Positions 1 to 11,100 of a stretch of 64,000 bases of DNA are shown here, piece by piece. The notes beneath the pieces are model-generated. The model worked only from the letters and a program-made list of their open reading frames with translations. It searched no databases and was not told the origin of the DNA. Numbering within the stretch: position 1 is the first letter of the stretch; each line of letters starts with the position of its first letter. The stretch is from Candidatus Heimdallarchaeota archaeon (GTDB taxonomy: Archaea; Asgardarchaeota; Heimdallarchaeia; Hodarchaeales; Hodarchaeaceae), in the NCBI GenBank assembly GCA_020353515.1, contig CP070695.1, positions 3,742,277 to 3,806,276 on the forward strand, given 5' to 3'. Position numbers and translations under genes: made by a program.

Positions 1-522
1 TATCGTCAGAACACCATTGCTTGGGATGCATTATCAACTCCACGAGGAAAGATAATGCCAGCCCATTATTCTCTACTCTATTACACTAAATCAAGGACAT
101 ACACCTTTAACCAATTGACCTCCAAACATAATTGGACCCATTGCGCTCGTAGTAAGTGTATTCAGGAGCGAACTACTTCGAATTTGCCTGATAAACCTTT
201 CTCTGACATTTGGACTAATATTTACAGAGTTAAACATCGAAAAAAGAGACATGTGGATCATCCCACTCAATTACCATTAAATTTCATGGAACGAATAATC
301 CTAACATCTTCCAATAAGGGGGATCTTATTTTTGATCCATTTCTGGGAGTAGGCACTACTGCTATTGCAGCTAAACTACTAAAACGGGACTACCTTGGAA
401 TTGAGATTAATCCTGAATATGTTCAAGAATCTCAGAAGAACTTAAAACAGATCTCTTTATTTCAGTCTCGTCTTGAATTCCAAAATCAACAACACCCATT
501 GAATCTCGATAACTTTCTTTAA
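1..522 (+). CDS. Site-specific DNA methyltransferase (N4/N6, beta-class), 5' part outside window
   Basis: Frame is open from base 1 (YRQNTIAWDALSTPRGKIMPAH...). HPTQLP...DPFLGVGTT...GIEINPEY is the C-terminal SAM-binding half of beta-class MTases. Confidence 0.9.
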   Translation, partial: YRQNTIAWDALSTPRGKIMPAHYSLLYYTKSRTYTFNQLTSKHNWTHCARSKCIQERTTSNLPDKPFSDIWTNIYRVKHRKKRHVDHPTQLPLNFMERIILTSSNKGDLIFDPFLGVGTTAIAAKLLKRDYLGIEINPEYVQESQKNLKQISLFQSRLEFQNQQHPLNLDNFL

Positions 523-526
523 TAAT

Positions 527-2473
527 ATGAGATTTAACGGACTTACTGATATATTAGCGGGAATACTTGTGAAATCCTCAGAAAGAAAAAAAACTTTGGG
601 TATATATCATACACCTCCATCTCTGGCCCAATTTGTTGTTTGGTCTGGATTTCAACGGCTTTTTCAACAACAATTCCCTGAGCTAGGGTTAAAAGATTTG
701 AAGCATAATTTTTTTTTGAAATCTCTCAATGAGACTTTAAACCTTTCAACCCGCAAATATATCCACGAATACATTAAAAACCTGAAAATTTTAGATTTAG
801 GAGTCGGGAATGGCGCTTTTCTAATAGTAGCTGGTAAATTTCTTGAATCTGTATACCCTATAGAAGACGTAAATGATCTGATTGAATTAAAATTAGAATT
901 ATTACAAAAGAATTTATTTGGAGTAGATAATAATCCTCAAGCGATTTCTTCATGTAGAAAAAATCTTATCACATGGATATTAGGAACCAATGAACCTGAT
1001 CAATATCTAAAGAAAACTAAAGAAATTCAACAATCTTTAGAGTGCAAAATCCGATTAGGAAATGTGTTACTTGGAAACATTACCCCAAATGCTCAAGAAT
1101 ATTCAAAATTTCTAAATGAAAAAGAAGTCTTCCACTGGCATGACGAGTTCCCATCGGTTTTTGATGGGAAAGGTTCAGGATTTGACTTAATCCTATGTAA
1201 TCCTCCCTATGTGACGAAAGATATCTCACCTGAAGATAACCGTCTTTATCGAAGGTTGTATCGAAAACAATTATTTATAAATCGCTTTAATCTCTATCAT
1301 CTTTTCTTTGCTCGTGTTTTTGATCTTTTATCTCCAAATGGAATAACTGTGTTTTTAACTTCAAACTCTGTACTCACAGATAGTTATAGTCAAAAAGTAC
1401 GCGATTTTCTACAAACTAGTTTTTTCATTGAAGATCTTGTAGATTTTGTGAGTCGAACGAAAATTTTTCCAAATGTCTTGCAAGGGACTTGTATCTTAGT
1501 TATACGGAAAAAAAATGGAGTACCCAAACCCGAAACAAGATTAATTAGAACATTTGATATGAAATCATTGATTCAAGGTGCATTTGTTGATGAATACATC
1601 CCGACATCACATCTATTTCACTTAAGGAAGATCATTCCTTCTCCGTTTCAAGAAACATTTCATATTTTGAAGCACTTACAAAAGACTTCTCCTCTACTGA
1701 GAAATATTTTCAGAATACAAAGTGGTGAAATTAGACCGGCTGATAAAAAAATACGACCGTATTATTACAAGGAGCTCCCTGAAAATCACAAGGTTTCTGA
1801 CTTTGATATTGTATTAAATGGAAAAAACGTGTCTCCATACTTAATTAATCTTAGAGAAAACCGTCAAAAGCCTAGGTGGTATAAAAAACCAGATTTCGCT
1901 GACGATTGGATCTTTAGAGAAGATCATGCCTTAATCCCCCGAATTGTTGTACAAAGGATTACTGCAAGAGAACAACTACGACGTATTATTGCTGGAAAGA
2001 TAACCAATCAACATCTTAAAATTAATAAGAGAATCTGGGTTGAAAACAATATCAACTACTTTCTTCTCAAACCTGATTTTCCAACTAATTGGATTTCGTC
2101 AGCTGAAGCATTATTAGGTATTCTTAACTCTCTATTGATTAACTGGTATATGCACCAGATCAATTTAACAGCTGCAGTTCCACCTTCAGACTTAGGTCTT
2201 ATTCCTCTTCCTCAGAAAAAGGCTGAAAACCATGAAAAAATGCAAATATTGCATCAAAAGGTTTTACTCATCCAAAAATTCCTTCAAACATACTCCTCAT
2301 CCTCAGAAATATTAAAACATTTATGTCCCCATTGTACATCTTCTGAGAAAATAAAACAACTTCAGTCAGAAATTGATAGCTTAGTTTTTCAGTTATATGA
2401 AATTCCACAAAATTATCAAAATGAAATAATACATCAATTATCTCAACATCACGAATATTTTGGTCATCATTAA
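527..2473 (+). CDS. N6-adenine DNA methyltransferase, gamma-class (Eco57I/TaqI-like) with C-terminal target-recognition region
   Basis: GIYHTP, LDLGVGNGAFL (motif I), NLFGVD, FHWHDEFP, NPPY (motif IV), LLGILNS and IDSLVFQLY C-terminal motifs. Confidence 0.9.
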   Translation: MRFNGLTDILAGILVKSSERKKTLGIYHTPPSLAQFVVWSGFQRLFQQQFPELGLKDLKHNFFLKSLNETLNLSTRKYIHEYIKNLKILDLGVGNGAFLIVAGKFLESVYPIEDVNDLIELKLELLQKNLFGVDNNPQAISSCRKNLITWILGTNEPDQYLKKTKEIQQSLECKIRLGNVLLGNITPNAQEYSKFLNEKEVFHWHDEFPSVFDGKGSGFDLILCNPPYVTKDISPEDNRLYRRLYRKQLFINRFNLYHLFFARVFDLLSPNGITVFLTSNSVLTDSYSQKVRDFLQTSFFIEDLVDFVSRTKIFPNVLQGTCILVIRKKNGVPKPETRLIRTFDMKSLIQGAFVDEYIPTSHLFHLRKIIPSPFQETFHILKHLQKTSPLLRNIFRIQSGEIRPADKKIRPYYYKELPENHKVSDFDIVLNGKNVSPYLINLRENRQKPRWYKKPDFADDWIFREDHALIPRIVVQRITAREQLRRIIAGKITNQHLKINKRIWVENNINYFLLKPDFPTNWISSAEALLGILNSLLINWYMHQINLTAAVPPSDLGLIPLPQKKAENHEKMQILHQKVLLIQKFLQTYSSSSEILKHLCPHCTSSEKIKQLQSEIDSLVFQLYEIPQNYQNEIIHQLSQHHEYFGHH

Positions 2474-2491
2474 ATCTCGGTAATGTCCACC

Positions 2492-3961
2492 TTATTCTGA
2501 AATAAGACGCTTCCTCTTCCACAGTTTTCTCTTGAGGGGGATGAAGCTAATCGAAAATATAATTAGTAGCACTCCGAACCCCCAAGTCGCTGCACCATGA
2601 GGTATCTCACTAGAAGGATAGATAATGGATTCAAGTAAAATTAATTCTTGCACTGCTAATAGAATTTGTACTTGATCAAGAAGGTATTGCAAATTTTGAT
2701 CTTTGGAAGAAGAATAGAATCCAGAATTTGGAGCTTCTAATTTTTCAATTAACGTTCCAGTAATGTATTGACCATGACGGAGTCGTTCAAACAACACTTT
2801 ACACCGAATGATGACACTCTGATCACTTGCAAGAATTTCATCAGAATCCTTACGATTAGAACTATTATAATATGCGCTATAACTCCAATCCTCGTTGATT
2901 AAATGGTTTCCAATAAATGTATTTATTCGACTTATGAGGAGACTTACTGATGATCCAATATCAAACTCATTATTAAGCTTATTCAACGCAAGAATAAGGT
3001 TTCCTTGATGTTTTGAATAGAAGATTGGAGATACTTCAGATGAATTTATGTCAAAAAAATTAGGAATACCATTAGTTCTGTTTGTTAACTGATCGAGAGT
3101 TTCCACAGTTTGTCTAGCGTAATCAGATAACAGTGAGAGATTGAAAAGATTAGGAAAATTAACAGCATTAGAAAGAAATTCGATAAAAAGAATCTGGTCA
3201 CCCGCTAATCGAAAAGAATTATTGGGAGAATAACCTAGAGTGCTTGTTATCCTATCGATCTTCGGAAGTACTGTTTCCCAAAGGTATAAGCAAGAATTGT
3301 GAAAATTCTCAAGATTAAAAGTGTTTAATGGTATTTCTTCAGGCCTATAAACAAGAAAAGTTCTCAATAGTTTAATATGTAGCTCAGATGCATTGTCACC
3401 AGCATATGAATTATTCCATAGTGGGAATTTCTCGAAAAGAAGCTCTCTTCCAATATTCCACCATTTTGAACTAGCTTTAAATTGGTTGAAGTACCATATT
3501 AGATCTAAAACTTCAGTATCAGAAATCAGACGTGATATGTTAATAGAACCATCAATTATTATTGGATTAATTGTTGAATAAGTTGGAGAGATCATTTCTT
3601 CAATAACTATTTCCAAGTTTCTGGTTACCTGTTCTGGATCAAGTTCTTCTGGGATAGGTGTTGTAGTCTCGATTGATGGTTCAGTAATTTTAGTGTCAGT
3701 AGTTTCAGTAGTAGTATTGTTATCATTGTTATTTGAAAGTTGGTTACTCATGAGAGAAGCAAAAGAAAGAAAAGCAGTAGGAATGATTAGTAGGAAAAAA
3801 ATGCCAATGATTAACCGTGTCCTATTTTTCTTGGGTCGGAAAATAAGAGGTGATTTTCCTTTCTGCATTCGTGAAAGTGATTTTCGACTCTGCCTGATGT
3901 AATCCTCAAGTTCTTGTTCAGAAGGTCCCTCGAAACCTTTTTGACCACGAACCTCGCTCAT
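2492..3961 (-). CDS. Membrane-anchored extracellular protein, possible alpha/alpha-toroid (AGE/GH76-like), with N- and C-terminal TM helices
   Basis: TM near aa 49-70, N/T-rich linker, repeated 'DQ'/'HQ' helix-start motifs, many N-x-S/T sequons, C-terminal hydrophobic helix and basic tail. Confidence 0.55.
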   Translation of the reverse strand: MSEVRGQKGFEGPSEQELEDYIRQSRKSLSRMQKGKSPLIFRPKKNRTRLIIGIFFLLIIPTAFLSFASLMSNQLSNNNDNNTTTETTDTKITEPSIETTTPIPEELDPEQVTRNLEIVIEEMISPTYSTINPIIIDGSINISRLISDTEVLDLIWYFNQFKASSKWWNIGRELLFEKFPLWNNSYAGDNASELHIKLLRTFLVYRPEEIPLNTFNLENFHNSCLYLWETVLPKIDRITSTLGYSPNNSFRLAGDQILFIEFLSNAVNFPNLFNLSLLSDYARQTVETLDQLTNRTNGIPNFFDINSSEVSPIFYSKHQGNLILALNKLNNEFDIGSSVSLLISRINTFIGNHLINEDWSYSAYYNSSNRKDSDEILASDQSVIIRCKVLFERLRHGQYITGTLIEKLEAPNSGFYSSSKDQNLQYLLDQVQILLAVQELILLESIIYPSSEIPHGAATWGFGVLLIIFSISFIPLKRKLWKRKRLISE

Positions 3962-3968
3962 TTCATCT

Positions 3969-4790
3969 TCACTTCATCAAACCACACGACTCTAATAAAT
4001 TATTACAAAATTTCTCAATATCTTGTGAAAAAGAATGCTCTTTTTCTTTTAATACATAAATTCTTTCCGTTACGAAAGGGATCCGCCGAAAGGAGTAAAT
4101 AGGACGTATGGGAATTGCTTTTGGATTATTACTCAAATTCTCCCATATGATTTGAACATTCTCCTCGGCTACTTTCACATCCTCAGGATTCGGTTCAAAC
4201 GCAATATCTTCTTGATGCTCTATTTGATTCATAATTGCAAAGAATTCTACCCCCTCTAGTTTAGAGTAACATTCTGAAATTAACAAATTCAAACCCTTAA
4301 TTTCAGATTTAACTGGACGTGTAACAATCATAATTTTATCCGAAACAACTAAAGCATCAAGTGATCGAAAAGTGATACCAGGCATGCAATCTATGATCAA
4401 AAATTCATAAATCTGTGAATTGCAATAACGAATAAATTCAAATAGTTTAGCGAGAATTCTTCCTTCTCCATGTTGGGTTAGTTTTGACCGAACTTTGGGT
4501 TGTTGGAGAATCTCAATACCAGAAAAAACACAGTCAAAATTCGGTATATCCGTTGAAATTATAACATTTTCTGGTTCAATATCTCCAACTAGAAACTCAG
4601 TTAATGTTTTTTTCCCTGATTCTTCGATTAGGGAATCTGAAGGTAGATAAGATTGGAGTGAGGGAGCCCGAAGATCAAAATCGACCAGACACACCTTTTT
4701 GTCTAGAGTAGCTAATTTTACTGCGGTATTCACTGATAAAAGGGTCTTTCCGACACCTCCCCGATAGCTATGAAAGGTAATTGTCTCCAT
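3969..4790 (-). CDS. ParA/MinD-family P-loop ATPase
   Basis: Deviant Walker A HSYRGGVGKT, A' motif LVDFDLRAPSL, Walker B LIIDCMPG. Confidence 0.92.
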   Translation of the reverse strand: METITFHSYRGGVGKTLLSVNTAVKLATLDKKVCLVDFDLRAPSLQSYLPSDSLIEESGKKTLTEFLVGDIEPENVIISTDIPNFDCVFSGIEILQQPKVRSKLTQHGEGRILAKLFEFIRYCNSQIYEFLIIDCMPGITFRSLDALVVSDKIMIVTRPVKSEIKGLNLLISECYSKLEGVEFFAIMNQIEHQEDIAFEPNPEDVKVAEENVQIIWENLSNNPKAIPIRPIYSFRRIPFVTERIYVLKEKEHSFSQDIEKFCNNLLESCGLMK

Positions 4791-5210
4791 TTATTCATCG
4801 ACTCCAAGGGTTTTGTACAAGACTTCAGTAGCTTTACTATCAGGTGTCACTTTCACCCTTTTCTTCAGAATAAAGCCATTATCAGCTAAATAATTCAAGT
4901 ACCGAGATTCCAGTCCTCTACTACGTCCAGTCTCCAAAGCAATATCAGAACTTGTGACCCAATCATCCTTCCTCTGGATTGTTTTATAAGTAGTAAATAA
5001 TCCAGGCCGAGAATCTTGTAAATTTAATATTTCTAAGCTTGAAGGCATTATGGCCCTTTCCACCTCGTACGAGTGTTCAGAGCTCTCTAGCCCTGTTAAT
5101 TTTGCTAAAAAATTATTCATATTTGACAAAGAGCTTTCAATAGACATTAATTGGTGAGAAATTGATTTTATTTCCTTTAAAATGTCAATTAAGAGGTTAT
5201 TATCATTCAT
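4791..5210 (-). CDS. Winged-helix DNA-binding protein with N-terminal coiled coil
   Basis: Heptad-like N-terminus; WVTSSDIALETGRSRGLESRYLNYLADNGFILKKR HTH-wing pattern; stop abuts the ParA start. Confidence 0.8.
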   Translation of the reverse strand: MNDNNLLIDILKEIKSISHQLMSIESSLSNMNNFLAKLTGLESSEHSYEVERAIMPSSLEILNLQDSRPGLFTTYKTIQRKDDWVTSSDIALETGRSRGLESRYLNYLADNGFILKKRVKVTPDSKATEVLYKTLGVDE

Positions 5211-5243
5211 TTTTACCTATTTTTCGGTTAGTTTTAACATCCT

Positions 5244-5277
5244 TATATACGTTGCGCAACATTGCGCAACGTTTATA
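5244..5277. promoter_or_regulatory. Nested palindromic operator: two TTGCGCAA boxes within a 16-bp inverted repeat, overlapping TATA-like elements
   Basis: TATATACGTTGCGCAA-CA-TTGCGCAACGTTTATA (15/16 match between arms), 33 bp upstream of the wHTH start, GC-rich core in an AT-rich intergenic region. Confidence 0.75.
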
Positions 5278-5363
5278 TACCTAGATGAACTTTGATAATA
5301 AACGATGATATTTGTTGATAAAAGATAAAAATTTTGTTATTTATGTAGTCAGAGGAAGTAAAT

Positions 5364-5531
5364 ATGAAAGAAAGGTTATTCACTAAGTTAAAATCGAAGT
5401 TATGGAGTATTCTAGATGTACTGTCTATCATGGAAAAGCATTTAAGGAAAATTGTGTACTCAGATTACTTAATCGAATGCCCTTTCAACATTGAGAGTAG
5501 AGGGACTCTAGATCGATTCAATTTGAGGTGA
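5364..5531 (+). CDS. Possible 55-aa hypothetical protein (not in ORF track)
   Basis: Manual translation MKERLFTKLKSKLWSILDVLSIMEKHLRKIVYSDYLIECPFNIESRGTLDRFNLR*; GAGG upstream; stop lies inside the SD of the next gene. No recognisable motif. Confidence 0.25.
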   Translation: MKERLFTKLKSKLWSILDVLSIMEKHLRKIVYSDYLIECPFNIESRGTLDRFNLR

Positions 5532-5538
5532 AATAAGA

Positions 5539-6420
5539 ATGAAAATATGGTTGAAAAAACATCATTTGCTCATAATTACTTGTATAGGTATCCAATTTTT
5601 ACTTATACCTGCATTTGCGAATAGTAATAGTTCATTCATAAATAGTTTCTGGAATACTCTAGGTTATGGAGATTATAATGTATTAACGGATTGGTCAGAA
5701 GCAGGTAAGGTTGAATTTTCAATATTGGACTTTGCTGGATTTCTTTATATCAAAAATGATTATGAATCAATATACTTAGGAGTGAGGGTACTAGATGAAA
5801 TAGATAATCTGACTTGGAGAATAAATTTTGATGTGGATGCTGATGGAGGATGGGCTGAGGATGCAAAAGCATTAACTCTAAGAAATCAGATTTTTTCTTA
5901 TGATGATGAGTATTACCTCCAAAATAATCCAGAAGCATTTTCTGACGCTCAACAAGATGATTTCACCGCTTCTATGAGAACTTTCACCTCGGTTAATAGA
6001 GAAAATACAATCTTTGAATTGAAAATACCTCTGCAAACAAATGACCATCTACATGATCTACAAGTCCAGAATCCTGAAACAACAATCATTGGCATATCAA
6101 TGGATGTTGAATTAGACGATTCTGGAATAAATGGGACGTGGAAAGGTAGTTCATATCCCGATTATGCTAATGCTTCTAATTATGTTAATATTTTGTTTGC
6201 TGGGCCTCAAGATCGAAAGATTCCAGTCTTTGAAGAAGAGGAAGAACCACCACCAGAGGAAACAACAGAGCTTGAAGAAGAGACGACGAGTACTGGATAT
6301 GGTTACCCACCTGGTATGGAAAGAGGAGCAGCGACTTCATTTGAAGCTTGGATAGTGCTAATAAGCATTGCTTTTGTCACTATCCTAGGAAGCAAGAAAC
6401 GAAGGAGGGATATCAAGTGA
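5539..6420 (+). CDS. Secreted/surface protein with DOMON/CBM9-like beta-sandwich and C-terminal anchor
   Basis: Signal peptide; LYIKNDYESIYLGVRV and FELKIPL strands typical of DOMON/CBM9-like folds; E/P/T linker; C-terminal TM + KKRRR; SD GAGGTGA at 5525-5531. Confidence 0.6.
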   Translation: MKIWLKKHHLLIITCIGIQFLLIPAFANSNSSFINSFWNTLGYGDYNVLTDWSEAGKVEFSILDFAGFLYIKNDYESIYLGVRVLDEIDNLTWRINFDVDADGGWAEDAKALTLRNQIFSYDDEYYLQNNPEAFSDAQQDDFTASMRTFTSVNRENTIFELKIPLQTNDHLHDLQVQNPETTIIGISMDVELDDSGINGTWKGSSYPDYANASNYVNILFAGPQDRKIPVFEEEEEPPPEETTELEEETTSTGYGYPPGMERGAATSFEAWIVLISIAFVTILGSKKRRRDIK

Positions 6421-8099
6421 TAATCAAGAGAGTCACATCAATTATTGTGATATGTATCTTATTTGGCACATTTCTTCCGATAACATCAGCCAAAAGCTCT
6501 CCAGATGAAGAACATTTTTATGGTGTGATATACAAACAAGCAACTTCATTGAACACTAAATTTCTCCATAGTAAGGGAGCTCTTCAGGATCAACCTAAAT
6601 CTTCAGTTATTACTATATCGATGAACGCACTCACTGCGAGTACATTATTTGCAGAATATGATACTGGTGGATCAACAAATCTCTTGAATATTGCCCATCG
6701 AATTATTAATGCCAGCTCAAAGTATTTTAGGTTGAGTTTCCATAGCGACCGACGTGGTTGGGTTTCTTCCTATGATTTTACGAAAGAAACAGAAAGTTTT
6801 GTAAAAAGTCGAAAGTATACACATGACCAATTCTTGATGCTGGTAGGTCTAGCAAATAGCTATCTAAAATTAGCGGAAAATGACCCGAAAAGGCCTGATT
6901 ACTTGGAGGATTTTAATCAGACATACGAATTCATTGAAGAATACCTTTTAGATCCTAATGGCGGTTGGATTGACTCTCTTTTTACTTTTAATGAGACTCT
7001 ATATACTAAGAATAGATTCAAAATAGTAGAACATATTTGTTGGACCATATGGTCAGTTTTAAATTTACCAGAAAGCTTTAGCTCCCCTCTAACACTCCAA
7101 GAGCTTATCCAAATGGTTGACTTTTTAGATGCAAATGGGACACTTAATGGAGTAATATACAATGTAATAACTCCTGATGGTGAATCAACTGATAATGTGT
7201 TCAAATTGCGTACAAACGCGCTTTACGGAGTAATAAACTTACTTTTATACGAAAAGACTCAAAATAGCAGGTTTCTAAATCGGGGAAAAGTAGTTTACGA
7301 CTTTCTTGTAAACAATCTTTGGGACAGAGGCTTTAAGCTGTTTTTCGATGTGGTTGATGAAAGTGGACTATTACTAGTTCAAGGAAAAAGTTTAATTGGA
7401 AATGCACTAGCGTGCCTGTTATCAAGCCGCTTATGCAGGTATTTCCCTGAGAATTCAACTATAAAAAGCATTTTTGTACTTTCAAATGTTTATATGGAGC
7501 AGTATCTTAAACAAGCAGGAGTGTTCACCTATTATATCTCCTGCAGCACCGATGGTAATCCATTAACGAATCCTTTTACTCTTGAAAGTAATTTAATTCG
7601 ATTATGGCAGCGAATTAATACAATTCACGTAATTAATGGGTCATATTCTTCTTCGGTCTCAATTGGAGAAAAAATACAAATCGATCTAAATCTTGCGAAC
7701 CCAGACAACATTACATATGAAGTGATAGTCACGGGAGAGGAAATAGAACCTTACAATCTAACAACAACAGACTCTAATCCAACTTTATTGGTATCTCTGA
7801 GAAAGAATGCAAAAATTGGAAAAACAGAAATTAAGATCAAAGTTCAAGTATTAAATAAAAATATTGACAAAACTGACTCTCTTCCCCTGGTGATTGGTTC
7901 AGATCGAAAATTACCTCAAGGATTGGTCTACTTAGTGGCACTAGGCATATTAGCTTGCATGGTAATTATAGCACGTTACCCACCCCGAAATCTTGAGGAT
8001 CTTTTTACACGTTTGACTTCGATTGGTATAGCTGAAGAGCAACAAACTGCAGATGAATCCACTTCAGAAGAGGTAGATACTCCTCAAGGTGAGGATTAA
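6417..8099 (+). CDS. Secreted alpha/alpha-toroid (AGE/GH76-like) protein with Ig-like domain and C-terminal TM
   Basis: GTG start overlaps the upstream stop (GTGA); signal peptide; KYTHDQ, LLDPNGGW, LWDRGFKLFF toroid-type motifs; beta-rich segment; TM and acidic tail. Confidence 0.6.
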   Translation: MIIKRVTSIIVICILFGTFLPITSAKSSPDEEHFYGVIYKQATSLNTKFLHSKGALQDQPKSSVITISMNALTASTLFAEYDTGGSTNLLNIAHRIINASSKYFRLSFHSDRRGWVSSYDFTKETESFVKSRKYTHDQFLMLVGLANSYLKLAENDPKRPDYLEDFNQTYEFIEEYLLDPNGGWIDSLFTFNETLYTKNRFKIVEHICWTIWSVLNLPESFSSPLTLQELIQMVDFLDANGTLNGVIYNVITPDGESTDNVFKLRTNALYGVINLLLYEKTQNSRFLNRGKVVYDFLVNNLWDRGFKLFFDVVDESGLLLVQGKSLIGNALACLLSSRLCRYFPENSTIKSIFVLSNVYMEQYLKQAGVFTYYISCSTDGNPLTNPFTLESNLIRLWQRINTIHVINGSYSSSVSIGEKIQIDLNLANPDNITYEVIVTGEEIEPYNLTTTDSNPTLLVSLRKNAKIGKTEIKIKVQVLNKNIDKTDSLPLVIGSDRKLPQGLVYLVALGILACMVIIARYPPRNLEDLFTRLTSIGIAEEQQTADESTSEEVDTPQGED

Positions 8100-8103
8100 C
8101 TGA

Positions 8104-11100
8104 ATGGTCAGCAAAGAATCTCCCCACAAATGTTCAAGCTGTGGGAATCCATTACTACCTCATGCAAAATTTTGCACTCAATGTGGACACAAAATACAGA
8201 TCGATCCTATTACTCCTTCGGTTCATAAGGAACCTGATGTAGAACAACCACCAGTTAAAGAATCTTTACCAAAAGAAGACATTATATCAGATGTCGAACC
8301 CTCTGTATCAATCTCTCGTGAATTAAAAACTACATTTGATCAGGGATTCGAACTTTTGGCCTCTCTTAGAGAGAATTTATCTAGTGTCATTGTCATCCTT
8401 GGGATTTTCAGTATCCTTGCTGCAGTCGCTTTTACTGTTATTGTGCTCCTACCAAGAGAAATTATTTCAGATATCGAAATACCACCCCTTGAAGGTTTTA
8501 TCTTTGATTTGTTTGTAATTTTCGGACTGATAGGCCTATTAGCAAAAGAAACATTGGTCTATCTTGGATATATCCCAAAGAAAGAGACTCTAGATAGATG
8601 GTTCTCATTTGTATTACTTCTTCTCTTTTGGACGAATATGATCACATTCAGTATTGGATTGGTAATAACTAGCTTGTTTTTTCAGATAGGGCTTGATCTT
8701 CCAGCAGTTTTTGTATTTCTTTCATTAATAATCTTCGTTATTGCCTTCCTTTACTTTAGACGATATCAAGAATCTCTATTTTCTTGTACCTTTATTATAT
8801 CTGTAATGAGTATTGTATATCTAGTACAATGGATAGCTCCTGTTGATCCCATGATATATACTACAGTAGTTTTCTTGGTAGTCGCTGGTGTTGTCATTAT
8901 CTCGTACCAAGCTAAAGATTTAATCATTTTTACTGGTTTATCTGTTTTACTTCCTTTAATGTTTCTTTCACCTTATCTACTAAGCAATTCTATTGTAATA
9001 GCTATAATCCTTCTATTGGTCTTATTTCCATTTGTAGAAATAACAATACAAAAATTAATATTGGATAAGGAGGAATTAAATTGGATTAAACCTCTCGGGG
9101 AGTTATCAAGCACCTTTGGAATGTTTAATGTTAGTTTTTCCGTCTTTTATGGCCATCTACTTCCAGAATTATCAATTTTGATACTAATGATCCCGGTATT
9201 AGGTTCTATTTCCTTGAAAGTTTTCTACTCGGATTTTCGGAGATTACCTCTAAGAGATGGAGCTACTATAATCTTTTTAGTATTCACATTAGTCTTTTTC
9301 GACTTTATACTTGAAAATTTATTGATATTATTTGGAGTCGCTGTACTTTTAGTTATATACTCTACATTTACTGTATTTGAATATGTAAATGTCCGACAAG
9401 AAAAGCTTCTACGTTATGTTGAACTCTTACTAATAGCATCTTTAGTTGTTGTCTCAATGACAAGACTACTTTTTATCTGGAAAATTTGCTTAGTACTCAT
9501 TCCTCTTTTCTCGTTATTAGTTTTAATTCAACAAAAGAAACCCATAAACTATCAAACTGCTCGCGGTTTTGTATTCGGATCGGAAGTCCTAATCTTATTG
9601 GCTTTCATACAATCTCCAGCTTTTGATTTACTCATCATTCCAATATTTTCCTTCATTGCCATAATAGGAATTATTATTTTATTTATTTTGAACAAAGAAG
9701 AAAGCAGAATTAGATATTCATTAGACCTGACGATTTTCTCATTGATTTTTGAAGCAACCTTACTTGTGATGATGCTTTGGACCGAAAGTAGTGTTGAAAT
9801 GCTTTATCCTGTAGTCATTCTTATTTTTCTAACAATTATGATTTCAATAACACAAATTCGACAAAGAATTACACCAAATTTCCTCTGGATTAACTCCAGT
9901 TTTATAATTTGTTTTGGATTAATGAGTTATTGGAACGAATTTGAAGTTATTTGGACGGTTTTTACAGTTTTTCTGACCGTCCTACCAATGTTATTTGAAG
10001 GATTTCTAATTAAAAACAAGGAAAACAATTCAATAACAGAAAGTACCATTAAAAGCAGAAATCTAAATATTTCAATATCTGCAATTGGTTTGGCCTTAAT
10101 AGTTTTTTTTGAAGAATTAGATCCAATAAGCCATAGTGTTATTTTCATAACAATTCCTATTATTTGGGTGGTTTTGTATTTTCTCGATAAACAATATTTT
10201 AATTCCTTGTCTGAGCTATTAATGATTATATCGCCAGGATTAATCTTTTCTTTTGAAATGTTACTAAAACAAACCATATTTACTCCAATTACAGACATTA
10301 AATATCTTTATCTGACATTACTGGCATTTTCTATTCCTGTTATATCATTACAAGTGAATCATTTCCTGAAAAGAAAAACGAAGGCACCTATTAATCCAAT
10401 TATCATTGGTACAACCCTATCTTCATTGATTATAATGATTGCTTTGTGGACTTACACACTCCATTCTACTGAATACTTATTCTTAATTTCTGGATTATTA
10501 TTGGCATTAATTGTTTCTACATTCCTAGTCAAATGGCAATATGAATCTATTCTTCTACTTCTAGTATCTTTCTTTCCCTCTACAATATATGCAGGTTTTT
10601 TCGATCTTCCTTCATCACTTCTTTTATATCTAATTCCAATCTTTCCTCTCCTATTAAACTTCGTAATGGGTCTCAAATATTTAAAGACTGACCTTTCAGT
10701 ATATTCACATGAATTTATTATGCTAGCTTATTTCGGAATATTAATCCTCTTTAGTCCAATAAAGCTGATTGAATACACGACATTCTTATTCGCTCTATTC
10801 CAGACCAGTTGGCTTTTTCTCGGATTGTTAAAACGAGTACTCAATCAAAAAATTCTAGTTCTAACGAATTTAGTAAACTCAGCTTTTGTACTTGTTCTGA
10901 TGGCCTTTATTGAACCTTTGATAACTGAATCTTTCCTCATAGAGCTTGGAATCAGATTTCCTCTTAGAACAACATTAATAGGTCTGATTTTAATTGTTGT
11001 CACCATAGTTATGCTCATTCACCTAGTAAGCTGGCAAATCAGAGAGCTAGAAACCGATCTTTCATATTTGATGGCTTTAATCCTGATTTTTAATAGCTCT

